Source of the DNA: an uncultured Clostridia bacterium
GTDB taxonomy: Bacteria > Bacillota > Clostridia > Christensenellales > UBA1242
DNA: 64,000 nt
NCBI GenBank assembly: GCA_944349905.1
Contig: CALVNR010000008.1
Location: forward strand, 2,424-66,423
Reading direction: 5' to 3'
Shown here: one piece after another, positions 18,003-26,778 of the stretch
Numbering within the stretch: the first letter of the stretch is position 1
Layout of the letters: every line of letters begins with the position of its first letter
Made by a program: the position numbers and the translations under genes
The notes under the pieces: generated by a model
What the model saw: the letters and a program-made list of their open reading frames with translations, nothing else
Told to the model about the DNA's origin: nothing
Databases searched by the model: none

Positions 18003-18965
18003 TCACATCATTTCTTCTTGTTTTATTTTTTTATTTATTCTCTCTATTATTTGATTAATACTATTTCTAAACTTATCTTCTTCTTGCACAAATGCTTGAT
18101 TAGGGTCCTTAAATCCTAAATTATCAAAATCTAAAAACTTAATATGATTATCTCTAAAATACTCTTTAAGTTCTAAATTTGCTTTTTCCCCGGCCTCATC
18201 ATTATCTAGTGCAAGAATATAAACTTTATTTTTATTCTTTTCTATATTTTTAAACTTTTCTATATTACAAGTGCTTCCTAGTGCAATTGAATTTGCATTA
18301 ACAGTTTCAAAACTTAAACAATCAAACTCCCCCTCACAAATAAAACAAAAAGGAATGTTATTAACAAGAGCTTTTTTATTAAAAATATCAGTATGACTAC
18401 CTTTTGATTTGTAATATCTCACATTACCTTCATTTGAAATATTGCGTGCTGTGTAACTATTATCTGTTATTGGTATAACAATTGCGTTTAATCCACCAGC
18501 AATAAAGTCAAATTTGTTATAACCCAAATTAAATTTATCAATTGTTTTGTCACTAATTTTTCTTGCTCTTAAATATTCTCTCGCTTGTTTATTTTCTTTT
18601 AGTTTTTTATGCCAATAGTTATATGCTTTATTGTAGTCCTTGTTTTCTTTCTCAATTTTATCTTCTTCAACAATCTTTTTTATTTGCCTAGGTGTTATCT
18701 TTTGTCCGTGACAAAAATATTGTAAAGCTCTGTTAAATGCTTCTTTTGGACCTACATTTTCAATTGCACATATTGCGTCAAATAAGTTATAACATTCACC
18801 ACAACCAAAACAATATACTTTGTTGTCATCATAGTATTTCATAGACGCATTTACATCTCTATGATTTGGATTTATGCAATTAAACATTCTACTTGTATTA
18901 ATATTATGACTTTCTAAATAACTTCTTAAATTACTTTTCAAATTTTCATAGTCTAAACTATTCAA
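18003..18965 (-). CDS. DnaG-like primase (CHC2 zinc finger + Toprim)
   Basis: 320 aa with a zinc finger (CINPNHRDVNASMKYY...CFGCG), the Toprim Glu (CEGEFDCLS) and DxD (LALDNDEAG). The apparent start is a TTG overlapping the upstream stop. Confidence 0.8.
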   Translation of the reverse strand: MNSLDYENLKSNLRSYLESHNINTSRMFNCINPNHRDVNASMKYYDDNKVYCFGCGECYNLFDAICAIENVGPKEAFNRALQYFCHGQKITPRQIKKIVEEDKIEKENKDYNKAYNYWHKKLKENKQAREYLRARKISDKTIDKFNLGYNKFDFIAGGLNAIVIPITDNSYTARNISNEGNVRYYKSKGSHTDIFNKKALVNNIPFCFICEGEFDCLSFETVNANSIALGSTCNIEKFKNIEKNKNKVYILALDNDEAGEKANLELKEYFRDNHIKFLDFDNLGFKDPNQAFVQEEDKFRNSINQIIERINKKIKQEEMM

Positions 18966-19297
18966 CTCATTTCCTCTTGATTTTTCAATTTCCTTTGTGC
19001 TTTTCTTCTATCTTGAATTTCAAAGTAAAAGAAGTCATTTAAATCATCTCTTGTTAAATCATAGTCTGTTTTCATAAATCTCCAATAAAAAGTTTCTAAA
19101 ATCTTATCTTTTGGAAAATCACTTCGTCTGTATTTTTGACCATCATTCATCAAATATCCACATAAATTTTCCATTGCTTGTATTTCATAAGAATTATCAT
19201 ATATTTGATTTTTAGATAGTTTTAGTGTGTCATTTTTGTAATTATCAATTTCGGATTGTAATTCAGAAACAAAATCATTAAATTCTTTATCTCTCAT
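18962..19297 (-). CDS. hypothetical protein
   Basis: 111 aa, in the operon with coupled junctions. No motif recognised. Confidence 0.45.
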   Translation of the reverse strand: MRDKEFNDFVSELQSEIDNYKNDTLKLSKNQIYDNSYEIQAMENLCGYLMNDGQKYRRSDFPKDKILETFYWRFMKTDYDLTRDDLNDFFYFEIQDRRKAQRKLKNQEEMS

Positions 19298-19299
19298 TT

Positions 19300-19674
19300 C
19301 TACATCTCCTCATCATAATTTCGTTTTCTTTTTTGTTCTCTCTGTTTTTTCTTGTTTTCTCCTATCTCTTTTAAAATCCTTTGCACTCTTTTGTAGTGTT
19401 CTTCATTGTATTTTTCTTGTTTCTTGATATAGACATCAAGGTCCTTCATATCTTTTTCTTGCAATTCATACTTAATTCCACAATCACAAGAAATAAATTG
19501 CATACCACAAGCTGGACATCTTTCTATGTCGCACATATCTAAATGCTTTTCACCAACATGAACACCACAATCTCCACAAGTTGGATTTTCTTCATCACCC
19601 ACCCAATCATCATCTTCATCACCAAAGAGAATTGGGTCATAAAGTTTTCCTTTGATTAAGTATTTAACTTCCAT
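19300..19674 (-). CDS. Cys-rich (zinc-finger-like) hypothetical protein
   Basis: I moved the start to ATG 19674 (MEVKYLIKG), which follows AAGGAGAA. It has CxxC pairs: CGDCGVH...CDIERCPACG...CDCG. Confidence 0.5.
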   Translation of the reverse strand: MEVKYLIKGKLYDPILFGDEDDDWVGDEENPTCGDCGVHVGEKHLDMCDIERCPACGMQFISCDCGIKYELQEKDMKDLDVYIKKQEKYNEEHYKRVQRILKEIGENKKKQREQKRKRNYDEEM

Positions 19675-19684
19675 AGGTTCTCCT

Positions 19685-20452
19685 TTACTCCATACCACTA
19701 TCATCTACATTTTGTATATATTGATAGTTATTTGATTTTTTATCAAATTTGAAATACCTTTTTGAATATGGCCATAATTCAAAACCTTTTTCATACGCTT
19801 CTTTGCTACCATCTTCATATTGTTCAACTTTTGTATATTCACCATTTGAAATTTCTATTTCTCCACAATAAACACAAATTTGTTCATCTGAGTAATCATA
19901 TTCAAATACTGCATTAGGATAATCCTTTGATAGTAACTTTATTAATTCTGGAACAGGGTCCCATGGTGTTTCAAATATAATTTCGTTACCGTTTATTTCT
20001 GTTCTACTTGCGTTCCACTTTGTTCCCCAATTTTTCATTGACCATTCATACCAATCAATAACCCCATAATATACTAAATTATCAAAACACTGCTTTCCAT
20101 AGGATAACACATCATCTTTTGTCTTAAAGCGTTCATTATTTTTAATCATTTCCTCAATTAATCTTTCTTGATGTTCATCGCTATATGAAATAAAATTTCC
20201 TTTGTTTAAAACTAATGCTGTTATATATTTTTGAAAATCAGGTGTTTTCTTTATTGAATTTATAAATAATCCCATACAAGTTGGAGTTGTTGTTGATAAT
20301 TCTGTATTTCTTATACTTTCTGGCATAGGAATTATTTTCTCAAAATCCAATTGAAAACCATCTTCTTTGTTTTTATATGTGGTTATTCGATTTATAATAT
20401 TTTGATAATTGTCATCAATTATTCGTAATCTGTTTCTTACCCAATTTGGCAT
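19685..20452 (-). CDS. hypothetical protein, possibly DUF1281/Api92-like
   Basis: 255 aa. As I recall, the N-terminal MPNWVRNRL is characteristic of that plasmid/ICE family. This is unverified. Confidence 0.4.
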   Translation of the reverse strand: MPNWVRNRLRIIDDNYQNIINRITTYKNKEDGFQLDFEKIIPMPESIRNTELSTTTPTCMGLFINSIKKTPDFQKYITALVLNKGNFISYSDEHQERLIEEMIKNNERFKTKDDVLSYGKQCFDNLVYYGVIDWYEWSMKNWGTKWNASRTEINGNEIIFETPWDPVPELIKLLSKDYPNAVFEYDYSDEQICVYCGEIEISNGEYTKVEQYEDGSKEAYEKGFELWPYSKRYFKFDKKSNNYQYIQNVDDSGME

Positions 20453-20461
20453 TTTGTCCTC

Positions 20462-20983
20462 CTACATTTCCTCTTGTGATTGTTTTTTCTTTTCTTCTTT
20501 TAATGCTGTATCAGTCCAAAACCCATAAAAATCTTTTGGCCTTTTTATTCCTAATCTTTTATATTCCTTTGCTAAACCATCTTTAACTTTTTCAAAATCA
20601 TCAAATGGATAATTCGCATATTCCCATTCTTTGTTTTCATTAAAGATATAAATATATTCAATCCAATCCCAATTTCTTAATTGTTCTAATGTGCAAATAC
20701 GTGCGTCTTGGTCTTTCTCACCTCTATCTCGTCCATAAGCAACTACCACATCATCTTGTCTTTTATCATAATCAAATGAATGTGGTCTATTTGGATCAGG
20801 ATTAACTTTTTCACATAAACAAGATATATTTCCTAAATTTAACAGTTCATCTAACTTTTTCTCATCATTATAATAGTCAATAAGCATTGCACCGTTATAA
20901 GTCAAATATCCGTCACTATGACAATAAATTGCTTTGTATTTATCTTTATCTATTTGTTTACAAATCAAGCTTCTTGTTGACAT
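20462..20983 (-). CDS. hypothetical protein
   Basis: 173 aa, coupled within the operon. No motif recognised. Confidence 0.45.
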   Translation of the reverse strand: MSTRSLICKQIDKDKYKAIYCHSDGYLTYNGAMLIDYYNDEKKLDELLNLGNISCLCEKVNPDPNRPHSFDYDKRQDDVVVAYGRDRGEKDQDARICTLEQLRNWDWIEYIYIFNENKEWEYANYPFDDFEKVKDGLAKEYKRLGIKRPKDFYGFWTDTALKEEKKKQSQEEM

Positions 20984-20992
20984 TTATTCCTC

Positions 20993-21892
20993 CTAAATTA
21001 AACTTTTATATTTGTCTTGATATAAATTCCAAGGCTCTGTGGTTTGATAGTAATTTAACAAATCACTATATACATAAATACTTTCTAAATTTGGACATCT
21101 TGAAAATGGCTGATATGCTGTTGTAGAACTTGCATATACTTGATTTTTTGATAAAAATGTTACTGTTTTTAAATTATCGCACCCATTGAATGTGCCTAAT
21201 GTCATTTTGGTTAAACCTGCAGAAAGAACTACTGTTTCAAGATTTTTACAATTAAAAAAAGCGTAAGGGTCAATTTGTTCGACAGTGCTTGGTAAAACTA
21301 ATTTTTTTAAATTAGTTCCCCAAAATGAACTGTCACCAATCACTTTAAGTCCTTCGCTAAATTCTATTTCTTCTAAATTTAAACAATCTCTAAATGCAAA
21401 TAGTTCTATTCTTTCAATTGAACTTGGTAATATAATTTTCTTTATTTGTTTATTTCCTTCAAAAGCTTCTCGTGAAATTGATGTTATTTGAATATCCCTA
21501 CCTTCAACAAAACTAGGTTTGTTGATTGAATAATCATAATTCCAAGGATATTGCTGAGAATAAATTTGATTATAGAAATCATAATATCCATCTGCCCCAG
21601 TTGTATAATGTTCTTGTAAAAATTCAAAAGCTTCACTTCTATTATTAAACGTTATACTACCACTAAAATTTGTTGTTTCTCCATAAGAATAAGAAAATGG
21701 TATTTCAACAACTTCATCACTACCAGAATATTTTGTTATTGTATTTCCACTAAATTCAAATCCTTCAACTGCAATAGTTGGTTCCAATTTTTCAAATGTT
21801 ACTCTTTGAGTAAAAGCATATATAAACAAACAAAATACACCAAACAAAAGAATGAGTTGTCCCCAAGACATTATGGATTTTGTCTTTCCCAT
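20993..21892 (-). CDS. membrane-anchored BspA-type leucine-rich-repeat protein
   Basis: 299 aa. An N-terminal TM segment (LILLFGVFCLFIYAF) is followed by repeated units of the form ...I.LPSS...I...AF..C..L (KKIILPSSIERIELFAFRDCLNLEEIEF; KKLVLPSTVEQIDPYAFFNCKNLETVVL). Confidence 0.7.
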   Translation of the reverse strand: MGKTKSIMSWGQLILLFGVFCLFIYAFTQRVTFEKLEPTIAVEGFEFSGNTITKYSGSDEVVEIPFSYSYGETTNFSGSITFNNRSEAFEFLQEHYTTGADGYYDFYNQIYSQQYPWNYDYSINKPSFVEGRDIQITSISREAFEGNKQIKKIILPSSIERIELFAFRDCLNLEEIEFSEGLKVIGDSSFWGTNLKKLVLPSTVEQIDPYAFFNCKNLETVVLSAGLTKMTLGTFNGCDNLKTVTFLSKNQVYASSTTAYQPFSRCPNLESIYVYSDLLNYYQTTEPWNLYQDKYKSLI

Positions 21893-21901
21893 AGTGCGAC
21901 C

Positions 21902-22486
21902 TCACATATAGTTCTCTTGTTTCTTTAACATTTCATCAAATAGAAAATCGTATTTATGCTCACTTCGTTCTTTCATTTCATCAAACATTTCTTTCATAGA
22001 TGTCAATTCAAAGACGCCCATACACTCTATATTTTCATCATTTTCATCTGTTATTTCAAATCCAAAATATTGTGGGCACCCTCTGAGCCAATTATCATAT
22101 TCTTCAACTTCGGTTTCAATCATAGTCCTACAAACATCATAACTGCCTATATCTTCCGCCATATTATGTTGTCTTAATGTTTCTTTCAAAATATAGACAT
22201 ATCCAACTTTACCACTATCCCAAGGGTCTTGAAAATCATGTGTTGATATAGTAAGTCCTGAATGGTCTAGTAGATAAAGTGGCAAAATACATGCCACTTT
22301 ATCTTTGTTTTTGTTATACCATTCGTTAAAATCTTCCCATGACTTAAAGTCGTGTTTATCTCCTAATGAGTATCTTCTATGAAAACAAACCATAGTTGTC
22401 ACATTTGTATCTTTGTAATATTCTCTTGGGTCCTCAATATCATCTTCAAAAATTCGTAATGTCAAACCTTTTCTCTTTATTTCCAT
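21902..22486 (-). CDS. hypothetical protein
   Basis: 194 aa with no motif recognised. Confidence 0.45.
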   Translation of the reverse strand: MEIKRKGLTLRIFEDDIEDPREYYKDTNVTTMVCFHRRYSLGDKHDFKSWEDFNEWYNKNKDKVACILPLYLLDHSGLTISTHDFQDPWDSGKVGYVYILKETLRQHNMAEDIGSYDVCRTMIETEVEEYDNWLRGCPQYFGFEITDENDENIECMGVFELTSMKEMFDEMKERSEHKYDFLFDEMLKKQENYM

Positions 22487-22487
22487 A

Positions 22488-22907
22488 TTACATCTCCGCC
22501 ATTTGTTTCTTATATTTTTTGTATTGATTTTTCATAAATGGTTCCAAAATGTAAAAATCTTTATATAAGTCTAATCCAACCGGAATTTCAAAAGTTTTGA
22601 TATATTTTTTGCAAAACTCAATTGCCTTTTCAGGTATATCAATACTTTCCCCTTCCTCTGGGTCAAATCCTACCATATAACAAGTTCCGACAACACAATC
22701 TTCATATTCTGGCAACCAAAAGTTTCCTTCAAGGTTATTTAGTTTACCTTCTTCATTAACAAACAAATCTACATTTTCAAGTCCCGGAAATTCTACACAC
22801 TCAATATATCCACCAACGATTTCTTGAAATGTTTCCAACTTGTTCTCTACTTCTTCAACATAAGGTTCTTGTCCGGGTTTTTTAATTAACACTTTGACCT
22901 TGTCCAT
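22488..22907 (-). CDS. DUF3846-like protein
   Basis: I moved the start to ATG 22907 (MDKVKVLIKKPGQEPYVEEVENKLETFQEIVGGYIECV), which follows AGGAGGAG. The N-terminal pattern matches my recollection of DUF3846, a family common on conjugative elements. Confidence 0.55.
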   Translation of the reverse strand: MDKVKVLIKKPGQEPYVEEVENKLETFQEIVGGYIECVEFPGLENVDLFVNEEGKLNNLEGNFWLPEYEDCVVGTCYMVGFDPEEGESIDIPEKAIEFCKKYIKTFEIPVGLDLYKDFYILEPFMKNQYKKYKKQMAEM

Positions 22908-23139
22908 TACATCTCCTCCTAAAATCACAAAAACTTTTATAATTAATAAGTTCCCAATTACTTGAATAAAAAGCTTGTTGAATTGAAACAGCAAGTATAG
23001 GTTTAATAATTTTCTTTTGTTCTTCATCATAGTTTTTTAAATCTTCTCTTATTGCTCTAAGTTTAGTCAATAAGTCTTGTTTTGATGTATAATCAATATC
23101 TTGCAAAATAAAAGCAAGCTCACCTCCGATATTTAACAT
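22882..23139 (-). CDS. hypothetical small protein
   Basis: I moved the start to ATG 23139 (MLNIGGELAF), which follows GAGGTGGA. It overlaps the next gene by 26 nt. Confidence 0.35.
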   Translation of the reverse strand: MLNIGGELAFILQDIDYTSKQDLLTKLRAIREDLKNYDEEQKKIIKPILAVSIQQAFYSSNWELINYKSFCDFRRRCNGQGQSVN

Positions 23140-23140
23140 A

Positions 23141-24145
23141 CTATTCCACCTCACTTATATTTTGTTTTGATTTGGTTTTAGTTGTTTTTTTTGCCTTTGG
23201 CCTATCACTTGCTTCTATATTTTCTTTATTTGTTGATTCTTCTGTTTTTTGACTTTGCTCTTTTGTATCTTCTTGTTTTGTTTCTTGATTTTGAGTTTTG
23301 TGTAAGTTCCTAATTGTGTATTCAATATTGCTTTCTACATTCGCAATAAGCTGTTTTGAAACAGAACGTATTTTTTGTAAATTTCCTTTAAAATCCTCCA
23401 ACTGTTCATCACTTAAATTTTCTAATGCTGAAAAATCATATTCTGGTAAATCAAGTCCTAATCTTGAATTAACTGCATAAATTGTTCCATACAATTCAAT
23501 GTCATCAACATTTTCAAGATTATCTTTTTTTAGTCCATCATAATGCCTAGAATTTAAAGCCACAATAGAAACAGCTTTAATTAAAGTGTTTATTGTTTCA
23601 TCTAATGTCATTCCGTCTTTAATATGAATTTCTTTTTTCTCATTATCTATCTGATAATTTTCTTCACATTCATCATAAACAAATTTGTAACCCTTCGCTG
23701 TATATTCAAGTGCTTTTTTAGTGCAATCAAAATACTTTGCAATTGTTTCTTTATTTGTATTTAGATACTCATAATTTTTGCCAACTGTTTGAGCAATATC
23801 AAATAAATACCCAACTTCAACTTTTAGTTTCTCTGTTCCGTCAGTATAAATTTTCCCATTTTCTTCTTTAAATCCAAGATTGTTTGAATAAATGTGATGA
23901 GAAATAATTTTAATTGCTTTTTCATCTTTCTTTATATTTCGTTTGTAGTAATTCCATTCTGTTAATCTTTTAACACAAGTCGCATCTGGATTTTGCAACA
24001 AAATTAAAATGCTATTATCAACAGTTTGGTCAACGAAAACTCCAATATTTCTTAAAATAGATTTAACTTGTCCTTCTTTAATCAATTTTAAATAATTACT
24101 TTGAACCGCTTTTGTTAAATCTTCTAATGTTATTAATTTATCCAT
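23141..24145 (-). CDS. ArdC-like (DUF1738-type N-terminal ssDNA-binding domain) protein
   Basis: 334 aa. LILLQNPDATCVKRLTEWNYYKRNIKKDEKAIKII resembles the ArdC N-domain pattern (AT-V..F..W...GR.VKKGEK.I). The C-terminal tail is basic and low-complexity. Confidence 0.45.
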   Translation of the reverse strand: MDKLITLEDLTKAVQSNYLKLIKEGQVKSILRNIGVFVDQTVDNSILILLQNPDATCVKRLTEWNYYKRNIKKDEKAIKIISHHIYSNNLGFKEENGKIYTDGTEKLKVEVGYLFDIAQTVGKNYEYLNTNKETIAKYFDCTKKALEYTAKGYKFVYDECEENYQIDNEKKEIHIKDGMTLDETINTLIKAVSIVALNSRHYDGLKKDNLENVDDIELYGTIYAVNSRLGLDLPEYDFSALENLSDEQLEDFKGNLQKIRSVSKQLIANVESNIEYTIRNLHKTQNQETKQEDTKEQSQKTEESTNKENIEASDRPKAKKTTKTKSKQNISEVE

Positions 24146-26778
24146 TAATCATTCTCCTTATTTTCAAAAATTTGTTTTACAAGTGGTGTAGCCACTATCC
24201 TAATATTTGTTCTATTTGCTGGTCCGCTTATCAAGAAAGCACTTCCTCTTGGCAAGTTAACTATGTTATCAGTTTCATTTTCGTTAATCTGCCCTGCTTT
24301 TTCATACAACGTGCAAAGGTCCGTCATATCATTTGGCGAGAGTGAAAAAATAAATGAATATTGACTAACATTTATAATTGCACTAGACTTTCTTGCTATT
24401 TCTGGACTTCCAACAAAATCTTTTAAATTTTGTGTAATTACAATCTGCATACCATTATACTTTCTTATTCGTTTTGCTAATTGATACATAAAATCTAGCG
24501 CAATAGGAAATTTCTCATCTATAAATACATGCGCTTCATCTATTGCTATGATTATTTTTCTATTTGCATTGTAAAGCATGTTGTAATCTCTATTTTTAAT
24601 AACTTCATTATCAAGCCATTTAAGAACCAAAAGCATTTGTGCATTCCCTATAACATTATTTTTGTTTGCAAGTAATTTTTGAAAATTAAAACAAACAAAA
24701 TTTTCTTGTGGTGCAAATGTCGTTGGTCCATTCCAAAGTGCGCTATTTCTTCCACCTTTCTTAAATTTAGAAATATAATTTGATAAAACTTTATAACAAG
24801 ACAAGTTGTATTCGTCTTTCTCGTTCTTCATTCTTCTATCAATTTCATCGCCTAAATCTTGGAATGTTGGATAATCTTTTGCACTTAGTTTTGTTAAATC
24901 CGTATTTGCATTTATGTTCTTTTTTGCATATACATCAACAATAGTTTTGTTTAAAAGCTCCAAACTATCACTATTTATACCTTGTAATATTAACCTAAAA
25001 AATTCTTCTAAAAATTGTAGATGAGAGTAAAAAGAATTGTTTGTTCCATCGCTATTTTCATCATCTAAACTAACAATGATATGAAATGGATTTATTCTTC
25101 CTTCTTTTGCACTAGACACATCTAATACTTTTCCATATAAGTTCTTTGTTAAATTGGTGTATTCGTTTTCCGGATCCAAAATAAATATCTTTGCATTGTC
25201 GCTAGCAAGTTCTGCTAATAGCATTTTTGTTGCATAAGATTTACCTGAACCGGGTTTACCAATAATAACTGTATTAGAGTTAACTCTTTCTTCATCTCGT
25301 CTAAAAAAGTCCACAAATGTTGGTAATTTATTCTCACCTATCAAAAGACCATTATCATCGAGAATTGCATTACTTACAAAAGGAAAACAAGAAGCAATTA
25401 TAGATGAGTTAAAACCTCTTGAAATATTTGTTTTGTTGTAATTATTTATATTAGATGAGAAATAACTTTCTATTTGTCTACCAAACATTTCACTAAACTT
25501 AAATCCTAACTCTCTTAATTTTCTTCTTACAAACTTTTTGTTTTCAACATTTTTATCACTATCATAACTTGTAATCATAAGTGTTGTATCAAAAAACACT
25601 TCATTATCGTTTTGCAACCCTTCAAGTAAAATTTGCAAACTTTCAAGATGTGTTTGTCTATCAATTTGAGAACTTGCTTTCCCCAAAGTGTTTTGTGATA
25701 AGATTTCATTTATAGCGTTATCAATTCTTTTGATTGCTTTATACTTCTCTACCGGTTTACATTTCATAACAACTTTTGTGTTAGGAATATCAAACAATTG
25801 TTGTCCCCACGCATTTTCAACTTTTAAAGGAAAATCTGTTATCACAAAATGAGTTAAGATTTTACCATTTTGTTTTGTTGATAATGTTTTAAACTGAACA
25901 CTTTCTGGATAGATGTTTTGTAGATATTCACTTTTCTTAAAGTTATCAAATTCTCTTTCATCAAACTCTTTGTCATAAGAATATTTTAAGAATATTGCAA
26001 GTTCTTTATCATTTAATCTTTTTGCTTCTAAACTACCATTGTTTAATGTTTGTTCAATAATCTCTAATGAGTTTTCAAGACTTTGTTTTGATATATCATG
26101 CAAAGCAATATAATATGCACTTGCATATATTTTTTCGTTTGTGTTGAGACTATCAATAAGGTTCATTCTATCTTCTATAATCTCAACTCTTTTCCTAAAC
26201 TCATCTTCTGTGAGATTTTTATTCTCATTTTCTGCTATCAATTTCTGAATACGATTAAGTTCGTTTTTTAGATAGTTATCAAATATAATTGGTTTTTCTA
26301 GTTTTATTAAATCATACTCTTGAAATATACCAACATTTTTTAATGTGTTAGAAATTATTCCATCAATCAAAAAGTTCTGTTTGTTTTCTGATAACATATT
26401 AAACTCAATTGGTTTAATTTTAATTACGCCTGTAAATGTTCCGTCTTTTTGTGTTATACAATTATCGTTTATACTTGCGTATGGAATAATTGTGCTTATA
26501 TGTGAATTTCCATTTTTGTTTTTATAAAATGATTTTTTTGCTACACCAAATTTAATTGCATAACCTAATGCTTGATATAGTTTTATATCTCCGATTGGAA
26601 TATACATTGGTGCAACAATAATTAAAACTATCATTGCAATTATATATTTGCTTGGCAAATTACTTGTAACTATCAGAGCAATAAAGGCAAGGGCCACTAT
26701 CGCCAAAATGACATCATAGATACCAATGCCTTTATAAAACTGCAACTTAACCTTTGTGTTCTTCGGTATTATTCGCAT
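24145..26778 (-). CDS. VirB4-family conjugative ATPase with an N-terminal membrane (PrgI-like) segment
   Basis: 877 aa with two N-terminal TM helices, Walker A IIGKPGSGKSYATK and Walker B IIAIDEAHVFID. Confidence 0.85.
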   Translation of the reverse strand: MRIIPKNTKVKLQFYKGIGIYDVILAIVALAFIALIVTSNLPSKYIIAMIVLIIVAPMYIPIGDIKLYQALGYAIKFGVAKKSFYKNKNGNSHISTIIPYASINDNCITQKDGTFTGVIKIKPIEFNMLSENKQNFLIDGIISNTLKNVGIFQEYDLIKLEKPIIFDNYLKNELNRIQKLIAENENKNLTEDEFRKRVEIIEDRMNLIDSLNTNEKIYASAYYIALHDISKQSLENSLEIIEQTLNNGSLEAKRLNDKELAIFLKYSYDKEFDEREFDNFKKSEYLQNIYPESVQFKTLSTKQNGKILTHFVITDFPLKVENAWGQQLFDIPNTKVVMKCKPVEKYKAIKRIDNAINEILSQNTLGKASSQIDRQTHLESLQILLEGLQNDNEVFFDTTLMITSYDSDKNVENKKFVRRKLRELGFKFSEMFGRQIESYFSSNINNYNKTNISRGFNSSIIASCFPFVSNAILDDNGLLIGENKLPTFVDFFRRDEERVNSNTVIIGKPGSGKSYATKMLLAELASDNAKIFILDPENEYTNLTKNLYGKVLDVSSAKEGRINPFHIIVSLDDENSDGTNNSFYSHLQFLEEFFRLILQGINSDSLELLNKTIVDVYAKKNINANTDLTKLSAKDYPTFQDLGDEIDRRMKNEKDEYNLSCYKVLSNYISKFKKGGRNSALWNGPTTFAPQENFVCFNFQKLLANKNNVIGNAQMLLVLKWLDNEVIKNRDYNMLYNANRKIIIAIDEAHVFIDEKFPIALDFMYQLAKRIRKYNGMQIVITQNLKDFVGSPEIARKSSAIINVSQYSFIFSLSPNDMTDLCTLYEKAGQINENETDNIVNLPRGSAFLISGPANRTNIRIVATPLVKQIFENKEND

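Noticed and set aside
16508-23030. C-terminal '-QEEM' as a functional protein sorting or recognition motif
   Set aside because: The underlying DNA (GAGGAAATGTAGGAGG) doubles as the SD and coupling sequence of the next gene. That explains the conservation more simply.
22882-23154. 90-aa version of this ORF starting at MRWNS
   Set aside because: That start lies inside the upstream gene and has no SD. ATG 23139 follows GAGGTGGA and the upstream stop.
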